A stretch of 64,000 nt of DNA, taken from the NCBI RefSeq assembly GCF_036321535.1, contig NC_087437.1, positions 46,874,001 to 46,938,000 of the forward strand, given 5' to 3'. The position numbers and the translations under genes were made by a program. How positions within the stretch are numbered: the first letter of the stretch is position 1; the number at the start of each line of letters is the position of its first letter. The notes beneath the pieces were generated by a model, which was not told the DNA's origin, did not search any database, and worked only from the letters and a program-made list of their open reading frames with translations. Source of the DNA: Camelus dromedarius (Eukaryota). This document shows positions 23,586 through 37,413 of the stretch, piece after piece.

Positions 23586-25599
23586 AGAATTCTTCCTACG
23601 TTTACGGCCCATATAGTATGCATTAAATAAAGATCTTCTTGGAATTGAAGTAGGAGGAATATTCAGAAAGTGTTTCATTTATCCTGGTGTAGAGATCTGA
23701 TCTACATATTGTATGTGAAACATTGTAACTTACTGGTTAAGGGAATGAGTTTCAGAGGGACTCACTACCAGGCTTCCCCCCTGGAATGTCACCACTGTCT
23801 CCTAGCTAACAAACAGGTAGATTGGAATCTACCTTAATCTGGCCAACATGCTGCATGACGCCAGACTCCTCCCATAAACATTAGCTCTAGGCAGTAGCCC
23901 ACGGGCAGTGTAAGGTTTCTCTTTTGTGTGCATGCATTCAGATTTACATGACAACCCTTTGCATACATGATGAAATTTACACAATAGTGCCCATGCCTGT
24001 GGATATTTAATATAAAGGAAAAGGTGACCTGGGGTAGAGTTTTAGGAAAGCAGAAGTCATGAAGATTGACAGAAGGAGTTTGTGCCTAAAACAGTTCAAG
24101 TGCATATGCATATTAAAAAGCAACTACATTCAGAAGTCACCATATGTATGCTTTTGCACAATCTAAAAAATCTGTCTCATAGCAGTCTGCATATTAGTTG
24201 TCTGTGAGCTTAGGTTAAGCATTCAAAGAGAGTCTTCACATCCATTCCCAACTCTCTGTCCAGTATCACAATGAAAATGATGCTACTGAGATGTGATACA
24301 CTTACAATGGATATAAAGTAATTTAACAGGTTATGCACCAAAGCAAAGTACTAATATTCATCTCATTCCTTTCAAATTCCAATTTCAATTATACTTTAAA
24401 ATACACGTTTTTATTACAAATATCTCCCTGCCTAAGGATCTGGGGCCTCTGACTTGATCAACATCAGGGTCTTTCTGCATGAAAATGGTCCTTGAAAACT
24501 GCATTTTTTTCTCTATAAAAGGAAAAGTATCTTCCTCCTCAAAGCAAGGCTTTGGAAGACAGGTCAATAGATCAATCCCAGCCACATGCAATCTTCATTT
24601 ATCCTTGCCAGTAACCCTGGGTTCAAGGCTATCCAAAGATTGCCAGACTGATTTGGTGAATCTCTGTCAAGGGAGAGATTACGATTTTTACAGTTCAGCT
24701 GAAAAACAAGCCAAGTTTATTATCTATCCTGCTAGGTAACAAACTGTAATATTCATCTCTCTTGTTTTCAATCCCTCTGTGCTGTTTTGAGTGAAACTGG
24801 TAACAAATTTCTGCCACCTGACAGTTCCTGAGGACTTCTAAGTTAATTAAACCTGCCTTTAAGTGAAATCCGTCACCATATTACAGGGTTGGAAATTTAC
24901 AGAGCCATGGCATAGACATCAGGCTGAAGCCATGTCTTCTGAACTTTGGCTATTGCTTCTGCCGTAATAGGAGGGGGAAATTAACAGTAATTACAGTTTA
25001 AATTAGTTGTATAGTACTGTGTGCATCTCATGAGTGCATTAGTTCTGAGTAGGCAAAGAGAGCAGAGCCACTCAGAAAATAGGATAGTTTTCAGGTAAGG
25101 TGGGCTTATCCTGATTCATGTGGCTAGGGGGAAGCAAATAAGGCAAGAGACTCTTTCACGGGTAAAATATGTTTATTAAAAATTAACTTAGTAGATTGTT
25201 TTGCAGTTGGTCTGGTTCTCACCTGCAGGCTCTATGTACAATGGGAACAGAAAGCTCTGTCAAGTAAACTGAAAAAGTGTATGAGACATCTGAATTTTAT
25301 ACATTTTAAGGTAGGAGAGAGAGAAGAGAGTATTAGGACCTTTTAGTCCAAACGTCTCATTTTGCAGGATACTGAGGCCTGAATACTGAATTCATTCAAC
25401 TATTGGTTTCTGGAAATATTCTATTTTTTGGTGTCACTGAGAGAATAACAGAGCCCTGACAAATCCATTACTTCTTAGAGAAGGAATTAGAAAAGCTTTT
25501 CCCTGTTATTCTAATCCACAAAGTCTTGGTATTATTTTGAATTCTTGGACCTCAAAGAAGTATTTGCTTCCATACATTTTGTTGGCTTTGAAAACTCTT

Positions 25600-25840
25600 T
25601 ATATGCCAATGACTTGAAAATCGCTACCTCCGGCCCCAATACTGCCTTTGAGCTTCCATCCTGAAGACTTAACTTGGCTTTGCTGCTTAGAAGCTTCACA
25701 GGCATCTCAAACTTCACATCTCCCCAAAATGAGCTCCCCTTACTCCACTCAAATCTAGTCCACTCCCAATAGTTCCTATTTTGGGAAAATGGCACCTCCA
25801 TTTACCCAGTTCTTCTACCCAAAGGTTTTTAGAGAATGGC
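25600..25840 (+). mobile_element. L2 fragment
   Basis: 'cacaggcatctcaaacttcacatctccccaaaatgagctc...aaaatggcacctccatttacccagtt'. Confidence 0.75.
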
Positions 25841-27239
25841 CTCTCCCTTTTGGAGAATGAGTTGACAGAACACAGACCTTCTTGGTTAACAGCTCTCAGA
25901 GAATCATGAATCATTATGTCCAGTTTCTGTAAAACAAAATAATGGTAAGTAGATTTATCCACATCAGAGCAATATTAAGTCATAACAGATGGTCTTGGTA
26001 TTTCACGTTTTTCTTTTGCAATCAGACATTTCCTCTTCAGATGATCTAAAACCTTCATATCTGATACCTCTTCTTATATGTTTATTCTACTTCTTTCCCA
26101 GTTAAGGGCCTGAATCTTCCTTTCTCTCAAAATGTATCTACTTGTGTGAGAGTTTGTTGTATGAATATATATATATATATACATATTCCCCTCCTAGACA
26201 GTAATCCATAAGCCACTTACAGTGCCCTGCTTGATTTTCAGGGACTTTGCAGGCCAGAGTGACAATACTTTTATGTAGTGTGTAGGTGGCATATTATACA
26301 TTCCTTTAATTCAAGTAATGGAAAGATCAGTCTAACTATACAGATAAAAGTGAAACTTGATAAGTGCTTCAAAGCCACAAAAAAATTTTTAGAATGATCA
26401 GAGTACTCAACTCATCCGATTTTATGTACCAAGAGACAAGCCTTAAAGGAAATAAGCCATTTATGTACCACCACTTCAAACTTTCTGCTCAATCTCTAGG
26501 TGATCTTTGTATTAAGCAGTCATGCTCATATTCACCCAAGGATCATAAGAAACCATTTAACACACAGAGGTTGAGGAAGCAAATACCAAATCTGGGCTTC
26601 AGGAGAAGAAGTATTTCAGGTCAACATTTTTGTGGTGGAGAAAAACAAGGCATTAAAAAGTGTGGAGGTGATTAGTGTTTCTGTTTTGAACCTCATGCTG
26701 TAAGACTTTCTAAACTTCACGTGGGTGGAAAAAGCTGAGGTTCAGGCTGAACAGGAACTGCGATTCTCTGCAATCCTGCGCAAGAACATCTTGTTTCTCA
26801 TTTCAGAATTTGGTAAACAAGTTTGCTCCTGCATTAAATAGACCCTGGTGACAGTGCCTTGCAGGAATTCTGCTGCAGATGTTTGAACACACACAAGACC
26901 TTCAAAGTCATACATAAAGCACACTCCCTCAGAAACTAATAACCGTGTATTACTTAGAATCATGTCCTGCTTCTTATTTCAATCTTCCTGGACTATTGCA
27001 AGAGATGGGTGACTTTCCATGTTTACCTTGGAGAGAAGCAGAACAAAGGTGAAGAGGAAACTAAGCTGAGTCTTAGCTTTGAAACTGCCACCTAGAAATT
27101 GTTCCCTAGAAGCCAACTAAGTACCTTAGATTTAAGTTGTTCCCCACAATAATCAGTTCAAAATGAAAGTGTTGGTCAACATTCTAATTGCTCTGTTTAT
27201 ATTTTGCCAGATAACAGGTTTGATTAAAAATAAGGAGCA

Positions 27240-27380
27240 GCAAAATTAGCAACTATATGTTGAGTGACATAGTTTTCCAAGGAACACTCTTGGCATCTTA
27301 AACACATTATTTCATTTAACCCTCAGAATAACTTTACAGCATAAATGACAATGAAATTTCAGAATTTGAGGCAGTAAGGA
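27240..27380 (-). mobile_element. MIR fragment
   Basis: 'tatgttgagtg...cacattatttcatttaaccctcagaataac'. Confidence 0.6.
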
Positions 27381-27982
27381 TACAGTGCTATTTCATAAAT
27401 ATGTGCTCAACTTTTAAGAAGGCTCTTTAAATTTTTACTTGGAATAAATATTTTATAAAGTAGAAAGGCCTACACACAAAGAGAACATTGTTTTATCACT
27501 AAAATATTTCACACTAATTTCATTTCACAACAGTTGAAATGAAATTATAGTAGGATGCTCTGTTTTATCTCAAAGAAATTTCTGAAAGCACAAAATATCA
27601 TGAACAGTTTAATAACTATCTCATGATGCTGATTTATGAGAAAAAAAAGTGGAAAAATTTCACCCCAAACTGCCTTATTTTTCCCTGATATTTTTTTATC
27701 TTTAGTTATGTATTAGATGTTTTTATATGGAAATGAGGTAATAACTCATGAGATTTATCTCATTCAATGGTAGAAAGTAAATAACAACTCATATAAGTTT
27801 TAGAAAGTATGGAAATAGGAAATATGGCTTTACTCAGGACTATTTATAGACAAGAACATGAATAAGTCATATTCAGCCTTTTTTTTAATAGGAATAGGTT
27901 GTGTTCACAGGAAAGAAAGGTAACAGAAGACTTCAAGGGTCAGAGCTCTAGAGAAAGACCAAAAAAAGAATGGTACTATCTC

Positions 27983-28014
27983 GTGTGTGAGTGTGTGTGT
28001 GTGTGTGTGTGTGT
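27983..28014. repeat. (GT)n microsatellite, one interruption
   Basis: Seen directly. Confidence 0.95.
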
Positions 28015-28149
28015 ATTCAATATTCGTATTATTAAGGAGTGTAAATCTTGGGAGTTGGAGAGATTGGTATAAACTCCAGAGCACCTTTTTTGGACATTGT
28101 CTCCCCTCAAGGCTTTCCACTATGTTTATGAAATGTGTGTATTCAGATA

Positions 28150-28640
28150 ATTTTTTTCAATTATTTTTCAAATATATGTATTAATTGTGGGAGTATGTAT
28201 TAGAAAAAAGAAAAACTAATTCATTAGTAATTTTCCATCTGTTAATAACACGAGTTAGTATTTTGCTATATTCCCTTCCAGTGTTATACTTTCCCTAATA
28301 GTAAATAGCAAGTTGATAGGTAATCTCTTATGTTTATAAATATTCATTTTAAAATCTTTTAATGGTTTCAATTTTAGTATATGAGTGAACTTTAATTTAC
28401 CAATTTAATCCTCTGTATTTCAAATCTTTTTTATCCTATAAAATTTTTCTGATAGCTAAATTTTCTTGCATAGCCACATTAATTTCCTTAGGATAAATAC
28501 AAGATTCAACTTTACTTAGTCTGAGTATATGTACACATTAAGGTTTTGTGGTTTTGTTATCTATTGGAAATTATCATCTCAAAGTGCCCAAGCCATGAAC
28601 TCTCCCCACACTGGTACTGATCATCATTTTATCTAAATTC
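28150..28640 (-). mobile_element. Highly decayed L1ME-like fragment
   Basis: T-rich; 'taatttccttaggataaatac', 'ttagtattttgctatattcccttccag'. Confidence 0.45.
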
Positions 28641-28860
28641 CTCATATTGGTAAAATGAAACAGGATAGCACTTGTTTGGGTGGCAGTTTACATTAACACA
28701 GATAGTTTTCATGAACCAGTGAATATTTGTCAATGATCTGAGAGACAAAAACACATCATACAGTATATGGACTGCAACTCGAGTTGTGTTTTATCACTTT
28801 TACAGGACAACAACATTCTGTCTGTGTTGTGACAGAAAAAGGAAGTACGTGAGACTAGAA

Positions 28861-29078
28861 CAGGGGGCAGCAAACTTTTCTGCAGGGGACCAAATGAATA
28901 TTTTAGGCTTCAGAGGACATACGATTTCTCTCACTCCTACTCAACTCTACTGTTGTCCTGTGAAAAAGGTCATGGGCGGCATGTAAATGAATGGGCATGG
29001 CTGTGTTCTGATAAAATTTTATTTACAAAAAGATGCTACAGGCTCATTTGGCCAGCAAGTCACAGGTGCTGATCTCTG
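28861..29078 (+). mobile_element. MER58A (hAT-Charlie MITE)
   Basis: 'cagggggcagcaaacttttctg...aatattttaggctt...ctactcaactct...gtaaatgaatgggcatggctgtgttc...gctgatctctg'. Confidence 0.9.
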
Positions 29079-29759
29079 CAATGGAATACGGGACTCCTCA
29101 GCTCCAGAAGATGAATCTCAGGATGATGGATGACCCAGCAAAATGAAACTCAAGAGAATTACATTCTTCATTATGAGACTGTTTCTCTGGAGGTCTAGTC
29201 TCACCAACCTAGAAGGAAACACGATGTCTCACCTTCTGCTCTCATTAGTTAGCTCTCCGCTGAACTCCACCTGGACAGCTCCTCTGGGACTCAACCGTCT
29301 AGAACAAGCACCTTTAAACAAGAAGCTTTAAAAAAAAAAAATCCGGAGTCCATGCCCACTTTCTGATACACCCGTATCCTGTACCCTCGCTTGCACACAC
29401 ACCTAATTTTGAGATCTCCAGCTCTTTCAATAGCCTTAGTTTTAGAATCCTTCCAACTTTGCTGTTTTATCTCGTATTTCCTGTGTATTGTCCTCTACTT
29501 TATTTTTTAAATGCCTGTCTTTTAAAATTTTACCATTCCACATAACATAATAACCTGCCAACACAAATTTTTGTAGAATTTAATTGAATGTAAAAAATTA
29601 GTAAGTTCACATATTTCCAGGTTAACTGAGGAATAAGTTTTTTTTCACTCTTTCTACAAGCATGGCTATGGAACCCTTGTGTGTGAGATTCACTGCCACC
29701 TGTATGGGTGGCATAGAAGTCTAGGACTCAGGCCTGTACTTTGAAAGTGAGAGGAGGGT

Positions 29760-29945
29760 CAAATAAACTAATGGTCAGAGGAGAATGTAAGTGCCATGAT
29801 ATAAATGTACACAAAAGCAAAAGGAAGGTGCATAATTAACTCAAACTGGGAATTTGGGAACATTTCCTAGAGGAGATGCTTAATAGGACTCTTGAAGAAT
29901 GAGTCAGATTTAGGGGGAAGGGACTTCCAAGCAAAGGGAAAACTA
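29760..29945 (-). mobile_element. L2 fragment
   Basis: 'gtaagtgccatgata...tttcctagaggagatg...cttgaagaatgagt...ttccaagcaaagggaa'. Confidence 0.65.
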
Positions 29946-30699
29946 AACCCAAAGTCCTGGGAATAGTAGAGAGAACGGGCCTATTGTGGGAATGGATGCT
30001 GATGATAAATCTGAAGCCAAGAGCTGCAGATGGAGCAGTAGGGGGCAGCCAACCAGAGAGGGCAGTAGTCCATCTCTGTCAGCCTGAGGGATTTCTACTT
30101 CACCCCAAAGACCGCAGAGCTTTTTCAACTAACCTAATTAGGAAAATAAAAAAGAACTTAAGACCTTATGCTTAATTGACAGAAATGGGCCAAGAGCCAG
30201 AAGTAAATTGGCTCCGCACGAGTCTCGGGATGCTATTGTTCTGCTGAGCCTGTATCACAGAAAGCTCTTCAAATCAAAGTGAACAGGGATGATTTCCTGA
30301 AGTTTTGAGTTCCCTCAGCAAACTACTACCAGCTCAAATATTTACCATCTATCTCCCCATTGGGCTGTGAGCTCTTTCAGGGCCGGGACCAGGCCTGACT
30401 CTGAAAAGGCATCTATTGATTGGATGCTTTGCATCTTTCACTATTGTTTCAAGATTTTTCTTCGTCTCTCTCCATACCTCCCTCTACTCAGCAGCATTCT
30501 CGACTTCCTCCACAAGTTCTTCTTAAGTACAAAAAGTAAGTGAAATAAAATAATAGGGGGATAGGTTATAGAGGAGAATTACAAAGGTGTAGTGATCGAA
30601 CGGCCATCTAACTTTGCATGTGAGAAATTTCATCCAGTGGTGTTGGGTGTTGGGTGTTGGGTACTTGTCAATGTCCCATGGCCAGATACAACAGTCGTG

Positions 30700-30898
30700 A
30701 CACTTACCATATTGGACACCAGACACTATGCATAACATCATCTCATTTAACCCTACAACAATCCTGGCAAGGTAGAGACTATTGCTCTTATTTTACAAAT
30801 AATAAAAGTGTGTCATGGAGAAGTTAAGTAATTGATCGAGGTTCACAGAGCTATCAAAGAGCGGAGCCAGGGCTTAAACCCAGTCCTTCTCTGATTCA
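30700..30898 (-). mobile_element. MIR
   Basis: 'atctcatttaaccctacaacaatcctggcaaggtag...agaagttaagtaattg...ggagccagggcttaaacccag'. Confidence 0.85.
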
Positions 30899-30914
30899 CG
30901 TGTCCCTTCTTTAA

Positions 30915-31084
30915 AGGGGTGCTACTCATGGTGTGGTTGGTGGGCTGACAACACAGGCATCATCAGAAGGCTTGTTGGAGACTTAGTGTCTCAAGCCCAA
31001 CCCCAAATGTAATGAATCAGAATCTATAGTTTCACAAGATCCCCAGGTGACTTCATCTGCTCATTAAAACTTGAGAAACACTGT
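30915..31084. mobile_element. MER5A (hAT-Charlie), inserted near the MIR end
   Basis: 'gctactca..gtgtggt...gcttgttgga...tgaatcagaatct...caagatccccaggtgac...cattaaaacttgagaaacactg'. Confidence 0.85.
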
Positions 31085-31294
31085 TTCTAAACCACCATAC
31101 TACACAACTGGAGTTCTTCACTAAAAATGCTGAATTAAGGAATGTATATCATAATCAAAATTTATAATGTTTTATATTTTTATCTGGGTAGTGGTTACAC
31201 AGATATAGATATGTGTGCATATATATATATTGGTCAATTTATGCACTCTTTATCATATGTATATCTAAATAAAAATAATAGATCTGTCAGCATA

Positions 31295-32420
31295 TTTATC
31301 AATTCAACAACTCCTTTCAGAGCATGTACGCTGAAAGAGTTCTGTGCTGGACACTGAGGATTGAGCACTAAAGAAAGAGAGGGAGGGAGGGAAGGAGAGC
31401 GAGAGAGAGAGAAATATTGAGAAAAAAGATTCCTTTGCACACAGAATGTATTGTCAGGAAATGGAGATAGGTACACACAAACTATCACAAAGCGAGCTTC
31501 CAATTATAATTGGACTAAGTGCTGTGAGAGGAAAGAACATACATGCAATATGTAACTAGAAAGTCTAATTTAAATTGAGAGAGTCAGAAAAGGTCTAAAG
31601 GTCTCAATGAAGAAATGACAAACTGAGATCTAAAATATACGCAAGGATTTTCTTGATGAATAGTCTAGGAAATAATTTTTCACAGAAGGCATGGCATGTT
31701 TTACAGGTGCTGAGTTGGGAGGAGGTGCAGGGCATCTGTGAACACAGAATAGGGCCTTGATATGCGAAGTACAGCAAAGAAGAAGAAGAATGGGCAGAGC
31801 TGACACTCAAAAGGCAGGTGGGGGACCAGCACGTACAAATATTTGACGATCATCATCACAAGAAGTTTAAGGACTTTTTCTGAACTTAGTGGACGCTACT
31901 GGACATTTTTAAAGCTAGAAAGTAATATATAATTAACAGTTTAAAAAATTCATTCTGGCTGCTGACTGGAGAATATTTTGGAGGAAAAACAATAATGGAG
32001 TGGGACAAGCAATTATGAAGCCACACCGTATTCTAAGCAACATTAGTAGTGGCTTGGATTAGGGTGTTTGACACAGAGATGGAAAAAACTAGGTGAATTC
32101 AAAATATATTTTGGAGGTATGCTCAGTAGCTCTTGGTGACTGAACATGGGTGGTATAGGGAAACATAAGAGTGACAGAGCCCAACTTTTCTAGAGTGTGT
32201 TGGGAGTGTGTGAGGGGTGGAGAGTACAATTTTAGTTTGAGATATGTTAAATTTGACATGCTCTTAAGAAATCTAAGTGGGAAGCCAAGTAGACAGTTGT
32301 ATATACAAGTTTGGAGCTCAGAAAGGAAATCTGAATTGGAATATGAATTTTCAAGTCATTAGCTTAGGGAGGGGGGTCATGAAGTGAAAACTGAAGAGGG
32401 GCCAAAATCAGTACATGGGT
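31295..32420 (-). mobile_element. L2 fragment
   Basis: 'attcaacaac...tgtgctggacactgagga', 'cattctggctgctg', 'ggcttggattagggt' and 'ttaaatttgacatgctcttaagaaatctaagtgg'. Confidence 0.8.
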
Positions 32421-32734
32421 AGAAGTAGCTACCGGCTAACCTTTAAAACATGTTAGCTACCTGGTGCACAGAGCCCGAGATGTATGAATTAAACTGTTAA
32501 CTAAAACTCTAAAGCCAACAACTTGACCCAGTATCAAAAGTCAAAATCTGAATCTAGGGAGAGCCTACACATAGAATCTCTGGACTGGAAGCTTCTTGAG
32601 GACAGGCAGCCCTACAATTCCCTGCACACTTCCTTGCATATGGTAAGCTCTCAGTAAATGTTAACTAAATAAGTAAACCAAGAAATCTGTCAACATGCAA
32701 CACAGTACGCTGGCAAACTGAAACCTGTAAGATG

Positions 32735-32870
32735 GGCTATTATCCTGGTATTGCTACTAATTTGGGGCAAGTCACTTAAAATATCTGAGTCTCAGTCTCC
32801 ACATTTGGAATATGTTGGAAATAAACCAGATAAACTCTGAGAGCCTGTCCAGTTACAAGATTCTATGGCT
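32735..32870 (+). mobile_element. MIR3-like fragment
   Basis: 'ggggcaagtcacttaa..tctgagtctcagtctccacatttg...accagataaactctgag...ccagttacaagattctatg'. Confidence 0.65.
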
Positions 32871-33120
32871 TAACAATATCCTGCATGAATAATGCTGCAC
32901 CACATTTGCTCTCCTCCAAAAATCCCTAGAACATGAGGAGGGCAGACACAAACTGGGATATAGGAGATAGAGTGTCTCAGAGCTGTCTAATCTACTTAGG
33001 GAATAGGTGGCAAAGGATCAGATTCCAGCCACCCAGCAGCCTAGTTGTCTTTCAAAGGTCCATTAAATAGCAAGTGGGAAGTTACTGTCTGGGCAGTCAG
33101 GTTCTAGGACCTGTGAAATA

Positions 33121-33742
33121 CAGTCAATTCTCATCATTAACAGATTCCGTTTTGTATTTGCAAGTTCATCTACTCAGTAAAATGTATTTGTGACCTCAAA
33201 ATCAGTGCGTACAAGATATTGAGGTCATTTGCTGATGGGCTTAGAGCAGTGAAAAATTTGATTCACTTAACAAGCACGTCCCCAGGTGACGTGGGACAGG
33301 ACAACACTCTGCCTTCTTGTTTCAGCTCTCACATTGTCTATGTAGCGCGATGTTTTTCACATCTTCGTGCTTTTCTCTTGGTTATTTTGCTGTTTAAAAT
33401 GGCCCCCAAGCATAGTTCGGAACTGCTGGCTAGATTTCCTAAGCACAAAGCTGTGATGTGCCTTAGGGAGAAAATACCTGCGTTAATACTATCATTCAGG
33501 CATGACTTATAGTGCATAGTTCAATGTTAATGAATCACAACTTATATTAAATAAAGTATATTGAAACAGAGACACAAATTAAAACAAGGTTATGTACTGA
33601 TCAGTTGATGAAGATACTGTGACCAGAGTCTCTCAGGAAACATAAACTTGTACTTCCCCCAAACAATTATTCAGTATCCACTAATTCAGTGTTTGCAGTG
33701 ACTTTACAGAAAATAACCACCACAAATAATGAGAAGCGACAC
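33121..33742 (-). mobile_element. MER82 (non-autonomous TcMar-Tigger)
   Basis: TA followed by TIR 'cagtcaattctcatcatt'; opposite end 'aataatgagaagcgac'. Internal 'aaatggcccccaagcatagt' and 'gctgtgatgtgccttagggagaaaata'. Confidence 0.85.
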
Positions 33743-33859
33743 CCTGTGTGCCACACACTCATATGTGACATTTAATAGGTACAGGGAAGCCTTTCCAATT
33801 GTATTAGCACACAGTTCCCCCAGCAGTTTGCAGTTAGAGTCATGGTTTGCGTTGCTTTC

Positions 33860-34030
33860 CTCAAACATATGTTGAATGATTACTATGTGATATGCTCATT
33901 CAGGTCTGCGGGGACACAGTGTCATCAACACAAAGAGTGTCCCTGTCTTCAAGCACTGACTGTGTGGTACAGGACACACACAATTACTAGAAAACTAGGA
34001 TAGAGCATTGTTACTGGTAAGTCCTTGAGA
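33860..34030 (-). mobile_element. L2 3' end fragment
   Basis: 'caaacatatgttgaatgattactatgtg...ggggacacagtg...gtccctgtcttcaag'. Confidence 0.65.
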
Positions 34031-34404
34031 TGGTGAGATATCAAGTGTGGCTACACCAAAGGGACATTCTTTAAGCAGCCCTGGTGATGGAGAGAAGCGA
34101 TCTGTTAAAAACACTGAAAGAGGATGGGGAAGAGAAGTACATAGAGAAAACATGAAATTCCAGGATTTAACACAGATTTATTTATTTCTGAAAAGTATTT
34201 GAAGTTCTTTCTATCTCTAGGCCTCTAAACTATAGAAACTGTCACTGTGAAAACAGAAATTGGGCTTTAATCAATAATTATTCTATAAAAAATTTAAAAA
34301 TTGCTTTGGAGTATTATTATAAAAATAATAATGTTTTGAAAAACACAAAGCACTCTGTGACTTACAAAGGCTTTACTGCATCAAACTAGGGTTTTTTTTT
34401 TTTA

Positions 34405-36935
34405 AAGGGGTTTTAGTTTTTAGAACAGTTTTAGGTTTACAGAAAAATTGAGAACATATTTCAGAGAATTTCTGTATACACCACACTCAGATTCCCCTAC
34501 AATTAACATTTTAAATTACTATGGTACATTTTTTAGAATTGATTAACCAATAATGACACATTATTATTAACTGAAGTCCATAGTTTATTCATATTTCCTT
34601 AGTCTTTACCTAGTGTGTTTTTTTTGTTCAGAATCCCATCCAGGGCACTACATTACATTTAGTTTTTGTATCTCCTTAGCTCTTTTTGGCTGTAAAAGTT
34701 TCTCAGACTTTCCTTACTTTTGATGACCTCACCAGTTTTGAGGAAGGTACTGATCAGGTATTCGGTAGGACACCCCTGTGTTGAAATTTGGTGATTTTTC
34801 TCATGATAAGACTGGAGTCATCAGTTATTGGGAGGAAGACAGAGATTGTTTTATGCATTTGTAATACAGTTAAATTGTCTTGTCACACTCTGCATTCCTT
34901 CCTGACATACCCTGATTTCCTACATGATTTTTTCTTACATTGCATACATTAAGGTTCATTGTCTGTGAGGTACAGCTCTATGGGTTTTGACAAGTGCATG
35001 TCATGTATCCACTATGGCAGGATCATACGGAATGTTTTCACTGCCCTCAAAATCCCCTAGGTGTTACCTACCAATCTCTTTTCTGACTCTCCTTGAACCC
35101 TGGGAATGACTCATTATTTTTCTGTTTCTATAGTTTTGTCTTTTCCAGAATGTCATATAATTAGAGCATACAATAAGCGCAGCCTTTTCAAATTGGCTTC
35201 TCTCAATAGCAGTATACATTTAAGTTTTCTCCATGTTTTGTCATGGCTTGAAAGCTCATTTTTCCTCATCATTGAATAATAATGTCATTGTCTGGATGAA
35301 CCACAGTTTGTCCATTCACCTACTGAAGGACATCAAGTTTTGGCCATTTTTAATAAAGCTTATATAAACATTTGTGTGCAGGTTTTTGTGTGGGCATTAA
35401 TTTTCCATTCTTTTGGGTAACTACTAAGAAGTGTAATTGCTGGATCATATGCTACGACTATGTTTAATTTTAGAAGAAACTGCTAATCTATCTTCTAAAT
35501 CAATGTTCAGAAATGAATGTTCTTGTTACCCTACATCCTTGTCAGCATTTAATATTGCAGATTTTTAAAATTTTAGCCACTTTAATAGGTAGGTAGTGTT
35601 ATCTTACTATTTTAAGATTGTAACTGATTGATGACTTGATTTTGATCATCTTTTTATATGCTTATTTGCCTTCTGTATATGTTGAGTGAGATGTTTGCCC
35701 ATTTCTTAATTATTTGTTTTCTTATTATTGAGTTTTAAGTATTCTTTGTATATTTTGGATAAAAATTCTTTATCAGAAGTGTGATGTACAAACATTTTCT
35801 CTCAGACTGTGTCTTGTCCTGATTTTCCTAACCATGTCTTTTATAGGACAGATATTTTAAAATTTTAATGAAGTCTAATTTATCCACTTTATCTTTCATG
35901 GATCATACTTTTGTTGTTGAACCTAAAAACTCATTGTCCAAACTCAAGTAACAGATTTTCTCCTTTTTTACTTCTAGAAGTTTTATAGTATTGACTTTTG
36001 TATTTAGGACTATGGTATTTTGAGTTAATTTCTGTGAAAGATGTAAGGTCTGTGTCAGGGTTCTTTGCTTTGGGTTTTGTTTGTTTGTATGTTTGTTTGT
36101 TTGTTTGTTTGTTTGTTTGGTGTGGACATCCAATTGTTCCAGCATCATTTATTTTCTTTCCATTGAATTGTTTTTGCCCCTTTTTCAGAGAAGCTGAATG
36201 TATCTGTGTGGGCTTACTTTGGGACTTTCTATTTTCTTCCATTAGTCTATTTATCTCCTCTTCTGACAATAGCATGCTGTCTTAATCATTGCTGCTCTGT
36301 GCTAAGTTTTGAAGTCAGATGAAGTCAGATAGTATCTGCCCTCCAGCTTTGTTCTTCTTCAGGACTCTGTTGTCTATTCTGGATCTTTTACCTCTCCATA
36401 CAAACTTTAGGACAAGTTTGTCAATATCCACAAACTAGCTTTCTGGAATTTTGATTGGGAAAGTATTAATACATCAAGTTGGAAAGAAATGGCACCTTGA
36501 AGATATCAGGTTTTCCTAATCAGGAATACAGAAAATCTGTCTATTTATTTAGATCTTTGGCTTTTTTTTTCATCAGAGTTTTATAGTTTTTAACATATAG
36601 ATCCTGCACATATTTTGTTAGATTTAAACCTGAGGGTTTTTTTTTTTTTTTTGGAGCTATTGTAAATTCTAATGTATTTGTAATTTCAAATTTCTAATGG
36701 TTTATAGAAAAACAATTAGCTTTTGTATATTAAACTTATATCCCACAACCTCTATAATCACTTAGTTACAGGAGTTTTTTGGTCAGTTCTTTGAAATTTT
36801 CTGCACAATCTGTCATCTGTGAAGAAATGCAATTTTCTTTCTTTCTTTCTAATCTATATACCTTTTATTTTTGTTTTTTGTCTTTTGTGCTAGACACAAC
36901 TTATAGTGTGATGTTGAATAAGAATGGTGAGGGAG
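34405..36935 (-). mobile_element. L1MC/MD-type LINE, about 2.5 kb 3' portion (3' UTR plus ORF2 end)
   Basis: Antisense L1 text: 'ttttagaacagttttaggtttacagaaaaattgag', 'ttttgtcttttccagaatgtcatata', 'gtaattgctggatcatatg', 'gatgttgaataagaatggtgagg'. Contains a (TTTG)n tract at 36077-36119. Confidence 0.92.
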
Positions 36936-37413
36936 GGCTCAAAATAGTGATTTTTATTATTTGTAGCTGGAGAGCCAGAATCCATTTCAGATTTAAATTT
37001 TGAAAGATGTCATTTTAAACAATTATTTTAATAAGGGCTTTACTGTTGCCAATCACTCAACATATCTTATTTCTTATATTTCTAATAAAAATTTATTTCT
37101 GAAATAATTTTTCTTTTCTTTTGTGAAACATTTTCCACCTATGTGAATTTTTAGAAAAATGCTTTAGCTTCACTTGCAAGTCTATTCTGCTCTGATGAAT
37201 TTCTTTGTAGTAACTATCAATTATGCCCAAGTGTTTTTAAAAAGTCTGCTGATAAAATGATTTATGATCTTGTTACTAGATGGTATATGTGAGACTGGTA
37301 TTGGTGCAAAAAAGTAATGAAGAGATCAAGGTATTTGGAGGCATTTAAATGTTTTAGGAGGAAACTAAGGTACAGATTCCAAGTCTTTGTTTTCCTATAA
37401 AAAAGTGGGTTGG

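Noticed and set aside
35903..36285. Three overlapping ORFs
   Set aside because: They lie in an antisense L1 plus a (TTTG)n microsatellite.
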